Shown one piece after another: positions 39,373 through 49,256 of a stretch of DNA of 64,000 bases. The stretch is taken from contig JALDZS010000067.1 in assembly GCA_022813965.1 (NCBI GenBank), positions 1 through 64,000 of the forward strand. The letters run 5' to 3'. This DNA is from Toensbergia leucococca. Its lineage: Eukaryota. Each line of letters opens with the position of its first letter. Position 1 is the first letter of the stretch. Made by a program: the position numbers and the translations under genes. The notes below the pieces were generated by a model. It saw nothing but the letters and a program-made list of their open reading frames with translations, was not told where the DNA came from and made no database searches.

Positions 39373-40129
39373 TAAAATCTTATTGAATGCACCGAATCAT
39401 TTGAGTCACTGATGCTACCTATACTGAATCTGAATGATTATGCCTATGAAAATAAAAACTTAGTCAATAAACTTCATATAAGCAAAACATCACAATGATA
39501 CTGAGATATTTACCTGCAGTGAACAGAGACACAACTCATGTCTAGTAAACAGACATTATAAGACACTAAAAAATAAAGATAATAAAATCAACACCTATTA
39601 GCCTTTCAAGAAATCAGATGAGAGTGAGAGAATGTCAACACAAGAAAAGAAAGATTCATCAAAAATCAAAAATCAAAGAAACAAAATACAACCCCCTTCT
39701 GTTCTCACATTCAATCAGCGCCTTGAGAATCAGTGAATAAACTCTAAATACATTACATGTATGCATTGTTAAGTTACTTAAAGCCTTGCCCTTCACACAA
39801 TGTTGAATGTTCTTCATAAAGGTCAGCATTTTCTGTCATGAGTCTGATATTCATTTTCAGTGACTTTTTAGCTTATTATACTCACGTTGAGGGCGCAGAC
39901 TGCAAATAGGCATTTAGGCAGTCAGGCAGTAAGTGTGCAGTGATTAGAATAATTCTCAACGCGGTTCCACTTGCCACATTTTCGGCGATTGACTCTGGTA
40001 CTTCTTGCATCGACTCACCATGCTGCTTCAATACCAGTCAATCGTGGGGAGAGATTACTTGGAAACAGACGATGTCCTTACGCTCCACCATTACCCGTGC
40101 TGCGCCCCCGTGCTCCCCCAGTGCTCCCC

Positions 40130-40203
40130 CAGTGCCTTCACAGTGCCTTCACAGTGCCTTCACAGTGCCTTCACAGTGCCTTCACAGTGCCTTCACAGTG
40201 CCT
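40130..40203. repeat. 11-bp tandem repeat (CAGTGCCTTCA) x6 plus a partial copy, subterminal to the right TIR
   Basis: Perfect copies seen directly, preceded by related CAGTGCTCCCC units. Confidence 0.95.
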
Positions 40204-40308
40204 CTTCCAAAAGCAGCCCTGCTCCCTTTCCTGATCGAAAAAGGCAATCCCTAATCCTAAGTTCGGGGTGTATATAATAAATATATTTCAACGGTTGAGC
40301 AAGTTCCT

Positions 40309-41871
40309 CTACTGCAAATCAAGAACCACACGTCCAATCAGCTTACCATCAGCCATTTCCTGAAAGACCTAGAAGAAAATAATCATCAGCTAGGAAACCA
40401 ATCTCAACACACCCCCCCAGCCCCAAAAAACTCACCTCGGTCAATTTCTCCATCTTCTCCACCCGAACCCTCGTCTTCACAATTCCCCTCGCCGCAAACT
40501 CCAGCACCTCCATCGCATCCTTTCTGTTCCCCACAGCTACAGCAGTAATGGTCGTCTGCTTCGCCACCATAGCAGCCGGATACGCTTTCTCGACGGCCAC
40601 ATGCTTCCCCTCCGGCATGCCTACACACACCAACGTGCCTCCAAAGCGCAAAAAGTCCATGGCTTGCGCATAAGCCTTGTTGCTCGCCGTGCACACAATG
40701 ACCGCGCTCGCGCCCAGCCCGCCCGTGAGTTTCATCACCTCTTCAGCAATGGATTGGTCGTCGTGTTTCGTCACGTCGATAAAATGTTCCGCGCCGCACT
40801 CCATGATGAGCGACTCTTTCGAGCCTGCGTCAATCCCGATGACCCGGTGAGCCATGCCGCGGCTAGACAGCTGCACGGCTATATGGCCCAGCCCGCCCCC
40901 GGCTCCAGAAATGACAACCCACTGGCCCGACTTGGCGGCCGATTTGCGGAGGGCGGCGTAGGTGGTCACGCCGGCGCAGAGCATGGGCGCTGCGTCCTCG
41001 TTGCTGAGACTATCGGGGATGGGAGTCACGTAGCTGGTGCCACAGAAAGTAAAGTTCAGTGACACACAATCGCCAAAAAAATTTAGGCTGAGAGAGGAGA
41101 GGGAGAAAAAGGGAGAAGCGTACTTTGCCGGCCCGAGCACATATTGCTGGAACGTACCTGGGGTATAATACCCGCTGATCTTCTGGTTGAAACACACCCC
41201 ATCGGCGCCCTCCAGACACGCAACTGCAACACCAAATCGTCAATATTTCGCCCCAAAACCACGAAAAGAAGAAATCGAGATTTTTTTTCGAAACGAATCA
41301 CCCCCCAACTGCAAGCACAAAGAAAAAAAGGATAAAAGAAAACAATACGAACCACACCGCCCACAAACCCCCGAAATCCACTTCACCCCCACCCGATCCC
41401 CCACCCTCACCGTCCCCGCCCCGGCCCCCTCCTCAACTCCAGCCCCCAACGCCATCACCTCCCCCACCCCCTCATGCCCACCCACCTGTCCCACTGACGT
41501 TGGATGAGGGAGTCCAGCCCACTACATTCACCGTTCCCCCCAGATCAGAAAAGTCGGCCAGGAAAAAAAAAACATTCCCAACATGTATAGCTCCTTTACC
41601 CATCCTACCTATCCTCCAAACCACTAAGACAGGGGGGCGGGGGCGGGGATGGAAGGAAACCAGAGGCAAAGAAATCAACCCTCACCGCGTTGATCATGAT
41701 CCCGAAATCGCTATGGCACACCCCGCTCGTCCGCATGCGGATCAGTACCTCCCCGACGCCCGGCCGCGGCGTGGGGAGTTCGACGACTTTTGTGGAGATG
41801 GTGCCGGGGGTGTCGTAGATGCAGGCTTTGTGGGTTGCGGGGATGGAGGGGTTGGGGGGTTGGGAGCCCAT
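40309..41871 (-). CDS. alcB: Alcohol dehydrogenase II (AlcB-like), 5 exons
   Basis: Exons 41871-41686, 41521-41353, 41223-41124, 41033-40436 and 40368-40309. IYDTPGTISTKVVEL, GVCHSDFG, GGHEGVG, SGYYTPGTFQQY and GAGGGLGH match Aspergillus alcB as I recall it. Confidence 0.85.
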
Positions 41872-42744
41872 GTCTTTTTATTTTCTTTTATTTTCTTTTG
41901 TTGTGTGTGTGTGTGGATGGGAGGGAGGGAACGTGATTGTGAGGGTTTGAGAGATTTCTTTTGAACTTGGAGAGGATTGGAGCAATGGTTCTAGGTATAT
42001 GATTGTTGCTGCAGATGCTAGACGCCCCAAGCAGGGGACGGAGATATGACGTTTCCTCTTCTTCGTTACCTACGCAACCTTTTCCATCTTACCCCCCTCC
42101 TTTTGCCTTGTTCTTTCCCATACTCATTGCTCTGCCAGCTACTTGCGTATGTATCTAGAGTAGTGTTGCCGAGGAGGTTGATCCCGCGAGCGCGGTTGCG
42201 TGTTCCCCACCAACCCGAGCTTATTTACCGAGGGTTGTTAATGCTTTTTGTTGTGCGGGGTATGGCTGTCAATTGCAATGGTGGTTGGTGGAAACATTTT
42301 CGGAATGCGGGGAGCCGAGACTTTGGTGGGTTCGTGTATGTGGGGAAAGGATGGAAGGATGTGCTTTTGTGCATGATGGAGTTTTTGGTAGGGGAAGGTG
42401 GGGGTTTTGGATAGATTGGGGTTTCTTTTTATTTTTATTTTTTGGGGAAAGTTTGAATTTGTACTATCATCGTCGAAACTATCTTGGCGAAATGCGAGTT
42501 TGGCCTTGGTTTCACATGAGGTTTCCTTTGTTTGTTTGTTTTTTTCGATCTTGTTCTGCGTATTTAATTCTGTGCTAAATGAGATTGGGTGATGATGGCG
42601 GTTATAAGTGTATTCTACGACGATGCTTGGGCGCGCCGCTGCTAGGGAATAATTATCCCACGGTCTGACTCATCGTCCTAATTAGATGCTGTCTGATTGG
42701 GTTGATCTGTGTGTTATTTTGTGCTGTATTGGTTGGGCTGCTGT

Positions 42745-43768
42745 ATTGCAACATAGCCATCACTGTGATTTATAAATCTATTGCAATCGGGTACATCCAT
42801 GCATGAATAATGACCAAAATAGATTGCTGGCGATGACCGGGCTGCTTGTGTCATGGCGGCCTTCTATAATGCTGTGAAAGGACAGAACGGAGTCGGCACG
42901 CGAGTTGTTGCCCGTGCAGCCGTATTCGACAGCCAGGTAGACTTTGTTGACTGTGGATACCAGGGCAATGTCTTCGGCTAGCCTGGTCGTATTGAGGGAA
43001 CAGTAGTGATTGAAAAGACATGGATTGTGGGAATGGAGATGTGGGATCTGTTGACGCTGTAGGTGCCATCATTTATGAGTTTTTGTGGTACTAGGAGCTT
43101 GATGTAGGACTGTTGAGATTAAGGGCCCAGCGATCTTGTTGGGGATTGGGCGTGGCATACTGAATTCTTAATGACCTGTTCGACAGGAACATCCATGCCT
43201 CCGAATATGGGTCCGCCGAACTCATTTCCTATCTCGTGGACGGAGACTGTTAGGTCTTGAGCATAGTTTAAGCCAGTATAAGGGTTCACGTGGTCGAGGA
43301 GATGCTCGATATAATTCTTGGAATCTTCGATGATTGTCACGTTGGTGAAAACTAGCTGTACTAGCGGATCGACATGTGACTTCGAATCAGGTGAGCATCC
43401 ATAGTCTGCAGTGAATCCATGATCTTGGTGATCTGACCCAAGGTTGGGTAGCTAGCATTGGAAGGCGCGTAGAAGAGCTGGCCGGCCGGGGGATTGACGT
43501 TCTCGTTGAGGCCAAACCAGTAGACATTGGCTCCACTGGCCGTCCAATTTTTGCCATCTAGCCTAAGCTCTGTATCTCGGCGGTAGACGTACGGATCCCT
43601 TTTGAGCTGTACCGTTGGCGGATCTATGAATGTTTTGATGGTCTCGGGGGTGAAAGGGGTTAATTTGTAGAGGCTCGATTCAACGGACCTGCTCAAGGAG
43701 TGAAGTGTGGACGATGTTGAAAAGTAGGCGCAGGCCAATAAAACGAAGATGAATGAAAATTGAATCAT
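42745..43768 (-). pseudogene. Secreted GH5 endo-beta-1,4-mannanase pseudogene
   Basis: Signal peptide and GANVYWFGLNEN, then a stop and an internal deletion after LIRSH. Later fragments are HVNPYTGLNYAQD..EIGNE (acid/base), KVYLAVEY (nucleophile) and DVPDCNRFINHSDG, separated by stops and frameshifts. Confidence 0.8.
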
Positions 43769-44413
43769 GACTACTAGGAAGCAAGCAATACGCACTTGTC
43801 TGACCAGGAAAGATATTGAGGACCAAAGATATGCGTGGGCTATGGCAGAGATCAGGTGCTTCAAATTGGTCCCAATACAAACTTTCGGCGAGAACAAGCA
43901 ACTTTGCGCATTCATGGATGGACAATCGTGGTAAAGGTGGAGGACAGAGAGAAGTGAAAAATGGGAGGGTTGAGCAGAAAACAACTAGTGTTGAGTAAAT
44001 ACTTCTCCACAGCCTCTGATGCCTCTAATGCTTCTTTGAATGAAACGGGTAGCTTGGCATGTTAATATTCGTCCTACATGTTGAATTAGTAAGGTATCTA
44101 CTCATACGAATAATCTGTAGAAGAAGACAAGGTAATCATGAAGGGGAAAAGGGGAAGGGGAAAGGTGGCGTAGATATAATACGATCCGGCGTTACGGTAC
44201 TCGGTATGATTACGCGCTTAGGCAGCGAGCCGGGGATCCTTGTATGGACGACGAAGCAACCTTTGACTTTCGAAATGCTCACCATCATCATTTTAGAAGG
44301 CTGCCTTAGCATATAGCAATGCTCACCCATCTGTCATCAAACCACCCTTCCATACGTGTTCCTATCTACCCACACATCTGAGCTATTCTAGTATACTCAG
44401 GCGCCCCGCTGCC

Positions 44414-45716
44414 ATGCCTCTCCAATTTTCTGCCGCTCATTCGTCACGCATAAATAAGACCAAGCCTAAGAATCCCCTTCTTCAACGTTCATCATCGTCT
44501 CCTTTCCTTGCCTTCAACAGACGGAAGCCCATTCAACGCTCTCAGTCAAAGCCAGAAACCATAGACAGTGACGATGACCTTTTTGGAGACCGCCTCGATG
44601 ATAAAGGTTTCGTGACTTCATTGGCCACAGACCTGAATTTAAGGGATGTGGCTCAAATTATACGATATATACGGACTCATATGTTTGATCAGGTGCCAGA
44701 AAAAGGAGGCTTGAATAGTACGCGAATAGCAAAGGTCTTGAATTTCAGAACTTCTCTCCCTCCCATGATCACTACTGCTCATGTGCATGCTATGATACAA
44801 TCACCAACGACCACCGAACGTGAGATAACGGAATTAACAAAAGCTGGCACAATCAGAAAGCTTGTCATTCCAGGACGAGGCACTGGCGGATCTAGTATAA
44901 GTGAGGCTCTAGTACTTGTAACGGAATGGGAAAATGTCATAAGAGAATCAAAAGGACTTGATGAAGAACTTGTTGGTACGTCAGGACGGATTCCCTCTTT
45001 CGGGGACCCATCGATTGATCTCTTTATTAGTCAAATTCCTTCAATGTCTTCAAGATAGACCCCTGGCTTTGACTTTACCTCGGAGCAACTTCACAGCCCC
45101 TGAAGCTATGGCACTTATGTCTGCCGGCTTCTTGACATCGTCTTCTCAATCTATGAACTCGGCGAATATCTACGCTAAACCCAACGCCTCCATCTCGGGG
45201 ACAATGACGTCTCTTGCAAGCATCTCCAAAGCAGCGTCTGGATCCATGGCGGCTGTCGGCGGGCAAGGCGCCATCCACCAAGCAGGTGGCAGCGGAAAAG
45301 GGATAGGGCTCCGGCGAAGTAGCTCTCAGCTTGAACCCGAGCCTCAAAAAGAAGCGTCTCGGGTACTCCCTTCAACTGGAGAGTTTCAGTTGGCCCTACC
45401 AGGCACTGGTCCCTATCTCTGGCTGCTGACTGCGGCTCGTTCTCACTTGGTGTCGCTACTCGGAAAGTCCAAATACAAAGAAATTCCCGTTGATCTTCTT
45501 CGTGAGCGCTGGGATGGTGGTGTTGCCGCGGATGATGCGACTTCTGGGGCGAGGAAATCTAGGGGTGAATTCTCGGGAACCTTGCCTGGGCGAACTCGTA
45601 AATGGAAGCAGTTTTTTGGCCTAGGGTTTGATTGGGTCCTTGCAGAATGTCTAGGGGCGGGGCTGGTGGAGGTATTTGAGACGGGAAGTGTTGGTCGTGG
45701 TGTTAGGGTTGTGTAA
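44414..45716 (+). CDS. STK19-like (winged-helix) protein
   Basis: Two exons (intron 44976-45030). SPTTTEREI..L...G.IRKL and LRERWDGG...LAECLGAGLVEVFETGSVGRGVR are typical of fungal Stk19 family proteins. Confidence 0.72.
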
Positions 45717-46095
45717 CGTTCGAGTTAAAACTCTCTCTTGTTTTCCCGGGTTCTGGCGCGTAGTCGCTTCACGTCACCCATCATACGCATACCCCCTCGA
45801 CCCATAGACAGTATATAGATTAAATAGGTTCGACACCGGGCATCGGAATGATCCATACCTATTTGAATACATAACCTTTCTTTTATGGTCAGCATTGCTA
45901 AAAGAAATGTCCAATGCTGGGTGAATTCAAATTCTCAACCCTGGGAATTCCTGGGTGATGCCATGATTTATTCTGTCTCCCATTCAATTAGAACGACCTT
46001 TTTATGAAATCAAAAGAGGTTTTAATTAAGGAGGCAATGTTGCATAGAAAAAACACCACAAGTCCGCACCTCATCTTGACTTAACTCTCTGCCTC

Positions 46096-46466
46096 TGTCA
46101 CATGTTATCTCCCTTCTTGATCACACTTTCATTAAGATCTGATTGCATCATCATCTAAAACACGTCATTATCATCTCAGATCAAAATCTGATAAGGGTAA
46201 TAAATGCATCAAGAATGAAACACACTGATACTGTGTCTTAGAAATAAGATCAGAGTCTAAAAAACTTACTTATTAATGTTAAATCATGATGCATTTTGTA
46301 GATGAATATCACACATGATACTGCTACTCAATGACTTTTGTGAAATAAGGAGAGTAAACAAGAATGTTAAAAGAGGTAACAAATGAACATCAGATTATAA
46401 TGCAAAACTTCTTTGTTTATCTACACAATATTATGCCTGAATTTGAGAGGACGGAGGGTGTCAACA
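46096..46466. mobile_element. AT-rich relic, possibly a degenerate solo LTR
   Basis: About 370 bp AT-rich block bounded by TGT...ACA between convergent genes. No target-site duplication found. Confidence 0.3.
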
Positions 46467-47090
46467 CATTAAAAAGGGGGAGAATATCAATATAAATGAT
46501 AAGTCACAATCAATACACACTTGCAAGCAAAGCTTTCGCCACAAAAGTCTCATCATAAAAACATCCCTCTTCCGAAGCAGAAACAGTCAAGGTACCTGAT
46601 AGGAGAGGGGTGTGTCAAGTCTCTCACCAAAACACTGTCGTACACATTACACCATTCCTCCCAACACTACTCACGTATATATATATCCATCTAATCCTCC
46701 TCACCCCCCACCCATCTAAAATTCATATTACTTTCAAACCCTCCCGGTTCATAATGCACAATCAAAACCCTCCACACACGTCTCTCCCCATTTTTCATTG
46801 ATTGTATATCAACGGCCCCTTTCAAACCCCTCTCATCCTCTATCACCCAAACGTATCGTAATCGTTGCTTTGAGACATCACAGTCATAGAATTATAAAAC
46901 ACCAGCAGCACAAGCATGGGAGATTTCCCTCCGCCCGTCAAGAAAAGAAGAAAGGAAAAAAACATCCGCGGGTAGATCTGACCGGCAGATCTGTCTATAC
47001 CACAAATCTTGGTGGTAACCTTCCCTTACTCACAAGGCCTCGTATGATATGCATATGACACTAAGAAACGCAGGCCTACAGGCCTGATCA

Positions 47091-49256
47091 TCATCGTAGA
47101 GGTGGGTATCCCGAATGTGCAGGCACGGAGCCCTGCGCCGTCGGCGAACTGACTGATCGCTGGAACATCTGCACCAATCGTCTCCCAACATTGGTTTCCA
47201 ACTCGGTACCATCTCTTGCGATTTTCACCTCCCGGTTCGCGTTCCACGGGTTTCTCAACCCTCGCGTGCGGTAAAAAGGTAATCGGGTCGTCGAAAGCCA
47301 CTCAATCTTGAACGGTTTACCGAACGACTGAACGCCAGACAGGGGAGCAGCTTCTTCGGCATCCTCAACGCTATGCAGGCTTTTGGCGTCGTCGTCGCCG
47401 CGAGCCGGAGTCAGAATGTCTTGCTCGTCTAGGTCGGCTTCCCAGAAGATCGTACCCCTGGCCGAGTCATCTATGATGCGGCCTTTGGGTGCGAATCGTG
47501 TGGCAGGGGTGGGGATTGATCTAGGTAGATCAAGATCATCGACTATTGTCTCGGCTCTGGGTGCCCAGTCTAGATCTGCGGCTGCGTCCTCCGTGATGGA
47601 CGAGGTCATGCGAGCGTAGCCGAAATATTCCCCAGATTTGTTAGCGGAAAAGACAAGGTAGACGTTCTCGGTCGCCTACTGATTGTGAGTAATAGCTAAT
47701 GAAGGGGTTTTGGCTTGTGCCAACCTCGTAAGCCTTGTTTAATGCAGCCTCATTATGAGCTTGAGTCGCCCAGATGCCATTACGTACGCTCAATTCCATA
47801 TCTTCAACTGTCAAGCTCTTCATGATGAAGAATTTGTCCACCGCTTTGACAATACCCTCGCCATCAGGATTTACTCCAGCATTAGCTAGCTCTTCAGCTC
47901 TGGACGAAACTTCTCGATTCTGGGCAATAGCCTCAGTGGCAGATTGTGATTGAGCAGCACCTGGCATGAGAGCAGCTGGCCCAGTAGGGACACCAGAGGA
48001 CGCAACAGCAGAGCTCCTTCGCAGCCGACAAACCAAGCGTACCTCTTGAAACCTTGAGTCATGGAACCTTGCCATTGCAGTGGCGCAAGCTGTCTCGGTA
48101 CGATAATTGACAAAGGCACAATTGCTTTTGGAAATGAGAAAAACGCTCTCAATGTGTTGTGTCGCATCTCTGGAAAAGTGATCCTTGAGATCTGTGATGA
48201 TGGTCCCGGGCGGAAGATTGCCCACCCAAAGCGCATGACCAGATTGTTTAGGTTTCCGAGGTGGTCCACGAGGTGCAGATGGAACGGCGCCAGAACTGGA
48301 GTTTGAACTCTGTCTACTGATGGCTTAAGAAAAACGGTGGTTAGCATCTATAAAGACTAGGGAACAGAAATTGCTTGCCTGGTACATTACCCGGTCTTAA
48401 AAATGGCCCACTAGCGCCATGCGCAAAGCCACCCTGAATAGCAATCGTATCTGGATCTTGGTGTCGTATTGGTCCTTGACCGTACGAATATGCCGACCTC
48501 TGATTAGAGAACCCTCCAGAAGGCACCGGGCGGCCCTGGAGACCCTGTTGCGGCTGATTCGCATGTCCATACTGCCCAGGATGGTAATTGTATTGTTGTT
48601 GTTGATGACCCGAAAAGAATTGAGGTGTATTGTGTGAAGACTGAAAAGAACCCGGGACTCCAGGGTGGGTTTGATGGCTGGCTGGCGCGCCATACGCTTG
48701 TGCGGACGGCGCTTGTTGTTGAAATGGGGTACCATATTGCGAATAATAGGGGGTGCTGTATCCCGAACTGTTGATAGGCGTTTGACCGGCAAACTGTGGA
48801 AACTGCTGAGGTTGGTATCCAACAGCCGAGGGAGATACGCCGGAAGGAAAGCGATGTTGAGTTTGCGGCGATGCGTACGGATGTGTTGAACCTTGATATT
48901 CTGGCAATGCTCCCACCATCCCCGTCATACTGAACGCCCCACCGGGTTGCCCATGGGCTAGATTATACTGTGTCGGACGCTGTTCAGGTTGGTTAAAAGG
49001 CTGATCACCGCCGGAAAACCGTTGCTGAGGGGTTGGTTGTTGTAAGTGAAGCTCGTAGGGTAGTGGGCCGGTCGCTGGAATTTCTGTGACGAGTCAGCGC
49101 AAAATGTCCACTCATGTAGCTTTTCTTCAGATGCGGAAGGGCAATGTCCGCAGGAGACGTACGCGACGATGAGTAGTCTTCTGGATCATGCCTTTGAGCC
49201 TGTGCCGCCGGGTCATTTGGCAAATTCCCAGCAGGCAGACGGCCTCCCTGTGACAT
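47091..49256 (-). CDS. RRM + YTH (YT521-B-like) RNA-binding protein, 4 exons
   Basis: Q/P/Y-rich N-terminus, RRM (LWVGNLP, SNCAFVNY) and YTH (FFIMKS, GIWATQAHNE, FSANKSGEYFGYARM, NPWNANREVKIARDGTEL). Introns about 49161-49083, 48378-48318 and 47723-47678. Confidence 0.88.

Larger units (their letters stand above)
37023..40270. mobile_element. TIR-bounded ~3.25 kb element carrying nuclease cargo, no transposase seen
   Basis: 37023-37073 matches the reverse complement of 40216-40266 at 43/51 nt (CCGAACTTAGGATT...GAAAGGGAGCAGGGC). GGGAGCA-type subterminal repeats lie inside both ends. Confidence 0.78.

Noticed and set aside
39940..40277. ORFs containing repeated SQCLHSAFTVP
   Set aside because: Artefact of the 11-bp tandem repeat.
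46974..46992. Hairpin AGATCTG-accgg-CAGATCT in the YTH gene 3' region
   Set aside because: A 7-bp stem is expected by chance in 64 kb.
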